A stretch of 33,849 nucleotides of DNA from Octopus sinensis (Eukaryota), in NCBI RefSeq assembly GCF_006345805.1, contig NW_021831945.1, positions 1 through 33,849 of the forward strand, written 5' to 3'. The notes under the pieces were generated by a model, which was not told the origin of the DNA, did not search any database, and was given only the letters and a program-made list of their open reading frames with translations. A program made the position numbers and the translations under genes. Positions 23,481-33,849 of the stretch are shown in pieces (within the stretch, counting starts at the first letter, position 1; each line of letters begins with the position of its first letter).

Positions 23481-24622
23481 TATTATGTTTGCATCAAGGA
23501 CACGTGACGAGGGAGTAGCACGAAATCTGGCAAGAAACGTGAAACATTCTCCTCACAAAATAATCTAGATTCGCTGAATAGGAATCTTCAAATTTAGCAA
23601 AAACTCTGTTGGCAAGGGGCACGCTGACCCTTTTGGCAAAGGACACGCAGACACTGCTGCAATTTGAGAAACAAGATTACTGCAAATTAGGCTAAATGCC
23701 ACCACTTTGCTTTTTTTTATTTGTGGCCGTTTGATGGCTTCCCGTTATGTAATGGCTGACTTACTCTGAATGTAGTAAGCAATGTTTTGCATGTAACACC
23801 AGGAAATTCCAAACGAACCAATGTAGATTTGAATGAAACATAGAAGGATCATCCATAATGAATCTAATATAGAGTTTGTTAGGTTAGTGGATTTGGGTAA
23901 AATCTGTATGTCCGCAGTTTGTTTATCTACAGTGTTGCATGATCGATATAGATGAGACACATGAAGAGGAACGACACTATAGGAAACTGAACATAGAAAC
24001 ATCGGATTAGCGAGTTAGTTTGACGGAAGTTGATGGAAGTTGACGGATGTATGCGATTGCAAAGAAATATTACGGTAAAATCAAGTTTCGCAAAGCAGAA
24101 GGAAGAAGAGGAGGAAGAAGCTAGGTTATTAGAAGCTGTTACGAAATATGTAAATACATTACAAACGCCGCGTGCAGAGAGAAAATGGCAGTCAGTTATT
24201 TGGCGAGAAACATGCGTTTTTTAAACTAATGTGTGTGATGGAAAGTTGGGTGCGGGGAATGTTCAATTATACCGGGCGTTAGTCTTTCACAAACATGATT
24301 GACATATACTGCTAGTACATGGTCGTCAAATGCAAGCGCGAGTGTGTGGTGTATTAATGACCCCTTACTCAACTATTTTGGAGAAGAGTCGACAGTGGAT
24401 ATCAATGGACTACGAAGAGTCCCGCCGTTGATCGCAAAACGTGTCGTGCTTCTCGCGAATGGCACTATAAAGACATTTAGAATTTCTAGCATCTTTATCC
24501 AAGACAAACTACTCCAAAGACAAGAGTAAGTAATAAATATTTCCCCGGTTATCTCTGATAATTCTAAGTCAATATAAACACTTAGCTTGGATCGTCGATC
24601 GCTTCTTAATGACAGGCCTTAA

Positions 24623-25364
24623 CCTCTTACAGACAAGAAGCGGTACTGACCGCATCGGAACACTCTGTGTGTGGCCGGACGACGGCAAAGGCTGTTGTCA
24701 TGTTAGTGTACAGCCGCAACCTACTATTCTGTTAGGAACTTCTGTTTGGAATTTCGAATAAGCTGTTTTTTTCTTTTTCGTTATTATTATGTGAAGGCCA
24801 CATATGAGATTATAAGCATGTGATGGATGTGCAGTCACGCGTATCTCTGTTGTTAGTGTGAAAAAGTGAATATCACTTCCGCTCAGTTTCATAAACAACC
24901 GAAGTGATCTGTAAAAACATGGACGTTGCTATTGAGCTCTTTACGAATCTTTTCGCAGTCGGTATGCCTCCGAAACGTAAAGTTCAGAGGTGCGAGGTAC
25001 CACGGTGTTCCTCAGGGTCTTCCTCAGAGGTACCAGGGTGTACCCGTCATGATGATGATGATGATGATGATGATCGCCTGTCGGATTACGATTCGATCCT
25101 AGAGAGCGGCTACTATCAAGAAGGAGACCACGACCATACAGAGGTTGTGATTTTTTTGTACGAAGCGCGGTGTGCGAAAAGAAACAAACTTTGAATGAGC
25201 AGTGTGATGTCTCATTCTGTGCGGCACCGTCTTTTCAAATCTACCACACAGGAGAATCTGTAAATTCACAATAAAATTCCTTGCATGAAAAATTATGTAA
25301 TTACTAAATGGTCCAGTAATGGTAAACAGCACAGACTATCAGTACTAAATCCGTCTGCAATGAG
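24623..25364 (+). mobile_element. Internally deleted piggyBac-like DNA transposon
   Basis: TTAA at 24619-24622 and 25365-25368; imperfect TIRs cctcttacagac..gtactga versus ctcattgcagac..gtactga; N-terminal MPPKRK plus acidic tract; C-terminal Cys-rich remnant. Confidence 0.75.
24964..25274 (+). pseudogene. piggyBac transposase remnant (N-terminus joined to the C-terminal Cys-rich domain, frameshifted)
   Basis: MPPKRKVQR...DDDDDDDD from 24964. A second frame at 25158-25274 reads VRSAVCEKKQTLNEQCDVSFCAAPSFQIYHT, resembling the piggyBac CxxC...CxxCxVxLCxxPCFxxYH motif. Confidence 0.65.
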
Positions 25365-25616
25365 TTAATGAAGGAAATTTTTATCTTTTTTGTTTCAAAT
25401 GTTAGATCGCTTCTTGTTAAAGTGCCATCCGTTCGATGGTCAATCTCTTAAAGAATATTTCAAAATCGCCCCACCCCCACCTCCGGAACCTCTCTTAATC
25501 AAATGAGAATTACTCCTCGCGTCGATTCTACGTGTTTTGGCGTTTCAGTAATTGCTGCGAGAGTTAGAACTAGGAAACAAAAGAAAAATGCATCGGCAAA
25601 TGCGGACGATATCCTG

Positions 25617-25668
<52 letters not shown>

Positions 25669-25743
25669 TATACACACGCACACGTATATGGAGTACGATT
25701 TAGTTATACGATTTGGTAAAATGCATTATGAAGAAAGAATTTG

Positions 25744-25793
25744 TAGCGCATTGTGACCAATGATGCATAACGACATCTGATAGTCTGGTCGAT
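25744..25793 (+). mobile_element. 3' tail fragment of SINE family B
   Basis: gcgcattgtgacca.tgatg...acatctgatagtctggtcg matches 19911-19960. Confidence 0.7.
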
Positions 25794-25851
25794 ACAGAAG
25801 ATGTAACTACATAATGGAGGCCATATTAGGAAAAGAGCAATGAATATCAGA

Positions 25852-26135
25852 GAGAAGGAGAGAAGGGGAGAGAGAGAGAAATAGCGAGAGAGAGAGAAAG
25901 AAAGAGAAATAAAGGGAGAGAGAGAGAAATAGAGAGAGAGAGAGCGAAATAAGTAGAGAGAAAAAGAGAGAGTGAAATAGAGTGAGAGAAATACGGAGAA
26001 ACACAGAGAGAGAGAAGTAGAGAGAAATTAAGAGAGAGAAGTTGATAGATAGAGGGAGAGAAATAGGAGGAATAGAGAGTGAAGGAGAGAGAGACACATA
26101 AAGAGAAGTAGAAAGAGAGAGAAAAAGAGAGAGAG
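25852..26135. repeat. (AG)-rich simple repeat
   Basis: Degenerate GA tract. Confidence 0.9.
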
Positions 26136-26152
26136 TGTGTGAGTGTGTTATA

Positions 26153-26390
26153 TATACGGATACAACATCGATTATCCGGATCATTTGATTCCAAAGCTTT
26201 TCCGGATTAGCGATTTTTCCGGACTAGCGTGGTTTCTTTGGTCACACTCTCTACATTAAACCAATATTAAATTTACTGAAATAGTTAAACTGAAATGAAG
26301 GTGTCTCTACATTAATGTAAATTAGTACGGTTTATAAGAATTACCGGATCATCATCCAGTGTCCGGAAAGTCAGTGTGGTACCAGTAATT
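26153..26390. mobile_element. Possible degenerate pogo/Tigger-like MITE
   Basis: TA followed by ...atcgattatccgga and repeated tccgga motifs reminiscent of Tigger-type TIRs; the right TIR is poorly resolved. Confidence 0.25.
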
Positions 26391-26520
26391 ACCAAGACTG
26401 ACACTTTCAAATTTTGGTAGTTATTCGAATTTCCCGTTTCCGACCATCAGACTGGATCTGAAATGATCCCAAAATACCGGTAACTTCTATGAAATTTTAC
26501 CATGGTGTTTCGAATAACAG

Positions 26521-26878
26521 TGAAGGTGCGTGGCTTAGTGGTTAAGGTGTTGAACTTATGATCGTAAGGTTGTGGTTTCGATTCCTGGACCGGGCGATGC
26601 GTTGTGTTCTTGAGCAAAACACTCCATTTCACGTTGCTCCAGTCCACTCAGCTGGCAAAAATGAGTAATCCTGCGACGGACCGGCGTCCAGTCCAGGTGG
26701 GGAATTTCTACGCCACTGAAACCGTGAAACCGGCCCTTATGAGCCTGGCATGGCTCGAGAAGGAACATTTTCCTGCGATGGACTGGCGTCCCGTCCAGCT
26801 GGGAGGAACACTTACGCCAGAGAAACCGGGAAACCGGGCCCATGAGCTTGGCTAGGCTTCATAAAGGCGCAAGAAAGA
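26521..26878 (+). mobile_element. Composite SINE family E with two tandem 3' tails
   Basis: tRNA-like head (tggcttagtgg, ggtttcgattcc); tail 1 at 26670-26767; tail 2 at 26772-26877; 13-bp TSD tttcgaataacag at 26508-26520 and 26879-26891. Confidence 0.85.
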
Positions 26879-26978
26879 TTTCGAATAACAGATCATGTAT
26901 ACCTCACCTTATGATCGGAAAAGCGAAATTGTAATAACCAGATGTGAGGCGCCAGCTGTTACTGTCATACCTGTGCGT

Positions 26979-27020
<42 letters not shown>

Positions 27021-27395
27021 TGTGTGTGTGTGTGTGAGTGTGTCTGTGTGAGTGTGTGTGTGTGTGTGTGTGTCTGTCTGTCTGTCTGTCTGTATGTATG
27101 TATGTCTGTCTGTGCGTTTGTGTGTGAGTGTGATCAACGCATAGACTTGTCACATAATTTAGATGTCAGATGTCTTCCTTTTAATCTGTCAACACAATGA
27201 AGACTTTGTTTCTCGTTTGTTTTCAAACAACAACAATGCTTCCGGGCGTTATCTTTCTGTACCTTTTCCTCTGTTCTTATATAAATTCTATTTATTTGAA
27301 CTTTTCGTTTCTCTTGCTATTTAATACTCTTCTGTTTATTGATAAGACGGCCTCTGACTTTCATACATTCATATGTTTTTATATATATATATATA

Positions 27396-27636
27396 TATTA
27401 GAAGAAATGAGGTACTCAGAAATCCGGATGGTTTTATATTTAGAGATATTTATTAGTATGTTTTTATAAATCATATATCATATATCATATATTAGCGCTT
27501 TTATATGATATATGATATATGATTTATAAAATCATGTAACATACTAATAAATATCTGTAAATATAAAACCATCCAGATTTCTGAGTACCTCATTTCTTCT
27601 AATATATAATACCTGTACATCATCTCCAAACCTTCT

Positions 27637-27638
<2 letters not shown>
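27396..27638. mobile_element. Asymmetric palindrome of family P4 centred on AGCGCT
   Basis: Arms ~27396-27493 and ~27500-27605, with a ~33-bp right-only extension; both ends in (TA)n. Confidence 0.75.
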
Positions 27639-27700
<62 letters not shown>

Positions 27701-27708
<8 letters not shown>

Positions 27709-28098
27709 ATATTTCAGAATGGTCATCTTGCCAGTTTAGCTAATAAAAACACACGCACTATATATTTGGTGTTATTTTGCTTCAGTGTTATTTATTTTTT
27801 ACATTAATCTTAATCTTATTTCGGCCAGAGTTCTTTCGTCACACTCCTGTGACCGCATCAGTGGTCCTTTGTTTTCTTCTTTCTGATGCGGTCACAGGAG
27901 TGTGACGAAAGAACTCTGGCCGAAATAAGATTAAGATGAATGTATTAAATAAATAACACTGAAGCAAAATAACACCAAATATATAGTGCGTGTGTTTTTA
28001 TTGGCTAAACTGGCAAGATGACCATTTCGAAATATAACAATATCTGTTTCAACACACGACTTCACGTAAAAAAATCGCACAACAAATATTTAAACGTA
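27701..28098. mobile_element. Asymmetric fold-back family P2 with two back-to-back HHR-like motifs
   Basis: Arms 27701-27860 and 27883-28043; right-only extension to 28098; motifs at 27822-27867 (-) and 27883-27922 (+). Confidence 0.75.
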
Positions 28099-28230
28099 TA
28101 TATTATATATATATATATAATAATATATATATATATAATACATACATCAACTACATACATACATACATACATACAGGAAAATTCTAGAAGGTCTAGTCCC
28201 TAATTTCGGCTTTGATTTTATACAAATGCT

Positions 28231-28928
28231 GGAACTGATCGCCATTGTATTGTACCAAACGTACCATCCACTTTATCTAAATTCAGGACCAGGTACTAAA
28301 ATAGTCAAGGGTTCAAAGTCCTACAATTGTTCAATGCCCTGCCACAAAAGTTAAGAAATCAGCATAACGTGGGAATAGATGTCTTCAAAAAGAAGTTAGA
28401 CATCTCTCCACAATACCGGATGGACCAACAGCTCGGCATGAGGTACAGACGAGGGCGGTGGTATCAAACTCCCTTATACACCAAATGGACCAAAAGCTGC
28501 AACAAAGGTACATGTAGGATTGTTGTTGTTTGTTCCTTCTCGAGCCATGCCAGGCTCATAAGGGCCGGTTTCCCGGTTTCCTAGGCGTATAGGTTCCCCA
28601 CCTGGACGGGACGCCGGTCCGTCGCAGGTGAGATGCAAGATGCAGAAGGAAAGAGTGAGAGAAAGTTGTGGCGAAAGAGTCAACAGAAGTTCGCCATTAC
28701 CTTCTGCCGGAGCCGCATGCAGCTTTGGTGTTTCGCTCATAAACATACACATTACTCGGTCTGAGATTCGAACCCGTGATCCCTCGACCGTGAGTCCGCT
28801 GATCTAACCACTAGGCCATGTGCCTCCACACATGTAGGAATAGTAATGTGAAAAACCCAGGACTAAGGAAATCAGAAAAACCATGGTGATGTTCCAGCAT
28901 GACCGCAGCCGCATGACTGAAACAAGTA
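28231..28928 (+). mobile_element. 3' fragment of a CR1/L2-group LINE, interrupted by a SINE
   Basis: Translation RHCIVPNV...*NSQGFKVLQLFNALPQKLRNQHNVGIDVFKKKLD / frameshift / LSTIPDGP...RAVVSNSLIHQ resembles the CR1-group ORF2 C-terminus; putative 3' UTR at 28840-28928. Confidence 0.7.
28520..28829 (-). mobile_element. SINE with family B-like head and family E tail 1
   Basis: Minus-strand head ggaggcacatggcctagtggttag...ggttcgaatc; tail cctgcgacggaccggcgtcc...ggctcgagaaggaac(aac)n; 10-bp TSD acatgtagga at 28510-28519 and 28830-28839. Confidence 0.85.
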
Positions 28929-29274
28929 TATATATATAAATCAGTAGTACCAAATGTGGATTCAGAGAATCGTGTGGCAATCACAGAAAGCTCTTCTTAC
29001 AAACTCGGCTAGCAACACACATAGCAATTAATTACGAAGAAATATTGTTTAGAGAGTCCATGTAACTGGAAAGCCAGCATATCTGATCAACGAACATACA
29101 TATACGCACACACATGTGGTGGACGCGGTCGCGTGCGCTCACACGCGCACACAGACGCACACACATACGTATATATACACATACGCAAACACACACACAC
29201 AAAAACACGCAAACACGAACACGCACAGACATACATTTACACGATATGTACTTAGAAATGCACGTATGCCTAGA

Positions 29275-29453
<179 letters not shown>

Positions 29454-29559
29454 GAGGGAGAGAGAGAGAGAGAGATACTGCGGCATTCATTTCTATCGTC
29501 CGTGATTCACTCGACCTCTCGCATCTAGTTAAAAGTTACTAACACGTATATAGAACCCC

Positions 29560-29598
29560 AGCAGCAGCAGCAACGGCAGCAGAAGCAGCAGCAGCAAC

Positions 29599-29666
<68 letters not shown>
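29560..29666. repeat. (GCA)n-(GTA)n compound microsatellite
   Basis: CAG units grading into ~23 TAG units. Confidence 0.95.
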
Positions 29667-29667
<1 letters not shown>

Positions 29668-30019
29668 TTTATATAGGAAAGGAAACATTTGTCAATCATA
29701 AAACAGTGACGTCACTATTTCCAGTTTTGCTCATGTTTTTGTAGAAATCAATGACAGACTGCGGTTTGTAGTTCCTAATTTAAAAGTGGAGAATATTTTA
29801 AGATGAAAAATCAATGAGAGGTACGATTTAAATAAAAATAAAACTGAATTTCATAAGATTTCGGGCGAGTTTCTTGATTCCTGGTCTCTTTTATTTCTTT
29901 TTGTTTCTCTCAGTCAGTTTCCTGTGAGGTAAAAATAAAATAAAAAGACAAACGAAATAACTTAATGGATGAACATCGGTGTCGACGATGATTATTTAAT
30001 TATCCGATACATTGAACAA

Positions 30020-30437
30020 CCTTGCCAACCAACCACATGGTTCGCGGTTCCACCCACTGCGTGGCACCTTGGGCAAGTGTCTTCTGCTATGGCCTCGGGC
30101 CGACCGAAGACTTGTGAGTGGATTTGGTAAACGGAACCTGAAAGAATCCCGTCGCATATATATAAATATATATATATATATATGTGTGTGTGTGTATGTG
30201 TGTGTGTATGTATCTGTATATGTTTGTGTGTCTGTGTTTGTCCCCCCACATCGCCTGACAACCGATGGTGGTGTGTTTACGTCCCTGTAACATAGTGGTT
30301 CGGTAAAAGAGACCTATAGAATAAGTTCTAGACTAACAAACAATAAGTCCTGGAGTCGATTTGTTCGACTAAAGACGGTGTTCCAGCATGGCCGCAGTCA
30401 AATGACTGGAACTAGTAAACGAATAAAAAGAAAAGAA
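30020..30437 (+). mobile_element. SINE family A, slightly 5'-truncated
   Basis: Head, internal TA/TG microsatellite and tail cagcatggccgcagtcaaatgactgg. Confidence 0.9.
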
Positions 30438-30878
30438 ACTATGTGTGTTTGTGTGTGTGTGTGTGTGTGTGTATACAGAATCCGCCAAAAGATTGTATAC
30501 ACATTTCAGGAAAGGAAAAATATGTATAAATATTTCATTTGTATAAATGTCTCTATAAATATAGAAACATCTTTCGATGTTTCATCAAATTGCCATAACC
30601 CTGAATAAACTGCAATAACACAGAATTAAAATATTTATAGAGCGGTTCGTGTTGGTCCGTGATATGCGTCAGCAAGATATATTATGCAACAGAATCGATA
30701 AAAGGTGTACACTAAACTTGCAGCGAGGAGTGGAAAATCCAGCGTTTCGGATTTGGTCCTTCTTCAACTTTTTCTCTGAAGGACTCTGCTGGACATGATG
30801 GATTTTCTAGTCATCAAAGTTCACTAAGCCATTTTTACCGACAACACACACACACACACACACCACAAACACAAACAC

Positions 30879-30962
<84 letters not shown>

Positions 30963-30966
30963 ATAA

Positions 30967-31012
<46 letters not shown>

Positions 31013-31036
31013 GTATGTACATATATATATATATGC

Positions 31037-31195
31037 ATACAAGACAGGTTTCCTTCAGTTCCGTCTACCAAATCCACTCACAAGGCTTTGGTCAACTCGA
31101 GGCTATATTAGAATACAGTTGCCCAAGGCGCCACACAGTGGGACTGAACCCGGAACCATGTGGTTGAGAAGCAAGCTTCTTACCACACAACACGC
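31037..31195 (-). mobile_element. 5' half of SINE family A
   Basis: Reverse complement of tgtgtggtaagaagcttgcttctcaaccacatggttccgggttcagtcccac...ggatttggtagacggaactgaagg. Confidence 0.9.
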
Positions 31196-31278
31196 ACGCA
31201 TACACACACACATACAGAACTACATACTTGCATACATATGTATATCATGTGTATAAGTGCTATGTATATATATATATC

Positions 31279-31321
<43 letters not shown>

Positions 31322-31377
31322 GCACATATATATATATATATATATACGGATATATATATATACATACATATATATAA

Positions 31378-31619
31378 TTTGAAACTGACTTATTGGAAGT
31401 CCACCTGAAGATTGTCGATCAAGACAAGAAACGATTGTAGTGGCGGTTTTTTTGACTATTTATTAAAATTTTATGTATTGATTAAGTCTTTCCTTGTTTG
31501 TTTTTGAAAATAGTGGTTTTGTCTCTAATAATATTTTATAATATTTGCTATAAAATTGGATTTAATCCTAAATCTGATTTTTTTTCCCTGTAAATTTGGA
31601 TTTATTCCCTAATATTTAT

Positions 31620-31622
<3 letters not shown>
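31378..31622 (+). mobile_element. Short PLE-like 3' end carrying the 31401 HHR
   Basis: HHR followed by a ~180-bp AT-rich tail ending in (TA)n. Confidence 0.45.
31401..31443 (+). ncRNA. Compact type I hammerhead ribozyme
   Basis: ccac-CTGAAGA-ttgtc(gatcaa)gacaa-GAAA-c(gatt)g-TA(31439)-gtgg. Stems I 4/4 and II 5/5; the first stem II pair is U-A rather than the usual G-C. Confidence 0.7.
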
Positions 31623-31678
<56 letters not shown>

Positions 31679-31992
31679 TATATATATATATACGCACATA
31701 TATATATATACATATACACACATATACACACAAGTGTGTTTGCATGTGTATTTGTATGTGTGCGTATCTATGTGTTACATATAAATATCTCACAGTTTGA
31801 TACCAGGACCCACACACACACCTACCCACTAACCCACCCCCCTTCCTCCCGCCACCACGTTCCATTAATTCCTACTAAACGCAACCAATACAACACTGAT
31901 GGAAATAGCAAGTGTCACTCTTCACTGATTAACGAAGTTAGTGTCCTAAAAATAAAATGGAACTTTTTTTCCACTGCCACTACGACTGTTAC

Positions 31993-32028
31993 TGATGATG
32001 AGGATGCTGAGGTTGATGCTGATGATGA

Positions 32029-32059
<31 letters not shown>

Positions 32060-32127
32060 GATGATGGTGATGATGATGAGGATGATGATGTTGATGATGG
32101 TGATGGTGGTGATGATGGTGATGGAGG

Positions 32128-32171
<44 letters not shown>

Positions 32172-32214
32172 GTGGTGGTGACGATGATGATGATGATGAT
32201 GATAATAGTGATGG

Positions 32215-32280
<66 letters not shown>

Positions 32281-32281
32281 C

Positions 32282-32313
<32 letters not shown>

Positions 32314-32362
32314 CGATGATGATGATGATAATGATGATGATGATGATTATGATGATGTTGAT
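31993..32362. repeat. (GAT)n/(GGT)n trinucleotide array
   Basis: Explains the poly-D, poly-M and poly-H ORFs. Confidence 0.95.
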
Positions 32363-32617
32363 GCTGCAACAGCTCTTACTCTTTTATCCTTGCGCTATTT
32401 ACAAATCTCTGCGTGATCAACGATCGTCACAAGATATATTTTCGGTCTACATACACACTTACATACACAGGCAAGCGCATAGAAACACACAGAGAGACAC
32501 ACGAACACACACATCCACACACACACACACTCAAAAACACATGCAGCCACACACACACAACATACATATAAATAGATAGATAGATCTAGATACACACATA
32601 TATATATATATATGCCG

Positions 32618-32657
<40 letters not shown>

Positions 32658-32900
32658 CTAATACACACACATACACACACACAATTTAAGCGTATGTGTA
32701 AGAGAATCTGTGTATACACATCAGAGAAATGCTAGTTCAGCTAAAAAGAATTCTGACTGAGGCGGACACGCAACACTCAGCCACGAGGCATCAAAGGAAG
32801 CAGCATGAAAACAAAATACAAACAACCTGAAAAACGTAGCGAAACTCCAGTAATACTAGGAAGTGAGGAAATTGATGAGGTGAAGGTACACATGTACTGA

Positions 32901-33138
32901 AGGCGGCGAGCTGGCAGAAACGTTTGCACGCCGGGCGAAATGCGTAGCCGTATTTCGTCTGCCATTACGTTCTGAGTTCAAATTCCGCCGAGGTTGACTT
33001 TGCCTTTCAGCCTTTCGGTGTCGATAAATTAAGTACCAGTTACGCACTGGGGGTCGATATAATCGACTTAATCCGTTTGTCTGTCCTTGTTTGTCTTCTC
33101 TGTGTTTGGCCCCTTGTGGGTAGTAAAGAAATAGGTAT
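32901..33138 (+). mobile_element. SINE family C (different tail variant)
   Basis: Head and core shared with 4759; TSD-like aggtacacatgtactg (32884-32899) versus aggtatacatctactg (33133-33148). Confidence 0.85.
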
Positions 33139-33430
33139 ACATCTACTGGAACACACTGTAAGTGTATGGCAAGCCTGCATGGTAGTGGTTAAATCATCTT
33201 TGATCGTTGGATTGCTTTATAAGATCTGACCTGAAAATAAACAACAACAACGACGGCGACAACGCTGACAAGCACTGTGTGTTGAGCGGTTCAGCTTTCA
33301 GAAATTTGGAGAGTATCCTTGTGCATCGTATACCTGCCCTGTGGAAGTTGTTAAGTTTGTACTGGAAAACTTTTGAATGCATTATGTATTAAAACCACAA
33401 CTACACCAGCAAGCATATATATGAATATAT

Positions 33431-33548
33431 AGTTAATCCAAACATGAAAGCACAAAAAAACACAACAACGCGAGGACGTGGAACAAATATAATATTATTG
33501 GACGCTCAGGAGCTCTTCGTCGGAAACATAGGAGAAGGAAAGATCCAG
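33431..33548 (-). mobile_element. Family P5 tail, possibly with an internally deleted HHR
   Basis: Homologous to 2741-2864; the minus strand reads tttCCGACGAagagctc joined directly to ctgagcgtc. Confidence 0.45.
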
Positions 33549-33849
33549 AGAAGGGAAGACATATATGAATATATATATTTTTCGCCCGAATTTTGTAAAT
33601 GTGTATAGAATAATATATCAGTTGAATAAAATTACATGATCTGGTTTTCAAGTTTTTTATTATTGTATTAAATATTTTTTTTTAAATTTTGAAGTGTGTT
33701 AAACATTAAAACAAATATTTAGTGATGTTCTTAAAGTTCAAACAGTGCTTCCATATAAGCATTCAACTCAACTGTCAGTCAATACGTTTTGAAATCTTAT
33801 TACGAAAGTATGAAAGCGCTAATTGAACTTTATGAACGTTACTAAATGA

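Noticed and set aside
24967-24980. CGAAACGT motif resembling an HHR 3' half
   Set aside because: It is the coding sequence for PKRK in the piggyBac remnant, and there is no upstream CUGANGA.
30738-30775. Minus-strand TTGAAGA-a-gga(ccaaa)tcc-GAAAC-gc
   Set aside because: C3 and U16.1 are altered and there is no stem I pairing; too degenerate to call.
31736-32579. 226-aa poly-Asp, 194-aa poly-Met and 126-aa poly-His ORFs
   Set aside because: All three arise from a single (GAT)n array flanked by other simple repeats; there is no coding context.

Overview
AT-rich, repeat-dense animal genomic DNA with no confidently identifiable host protein-coding gene. The tRNA-derived SINE families and the very high load of (TA)n, (CA)n, (GATA)n and (TAT)n microsatellites suggest an octopod cephalopod (inference from recalled repeat families, not from a search). 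Almost all ORFs in the supplied track are microsatellite translations. The window holds several SINE families with visible target-site duplications (TSDs), a CR1/L2-group LINE 3' fragment, an internally deleted piggyBac element and a degenerate ~43-bp minisatellite. The most notable signal is a set of type I hammerhead ribozyme (HHR) motifs: four near-canonical, four variant or minimal, plus relics. They belong to several different sequence families and sit in Penelope-like element (PLE)-type ends that abut (TA)n tracts. Several of these ends form asymmetric fold-back inverted repeats, the largest with ~550-bp arms and an HHR in each arm. All structures were derived by eye; no folding or database search was run.
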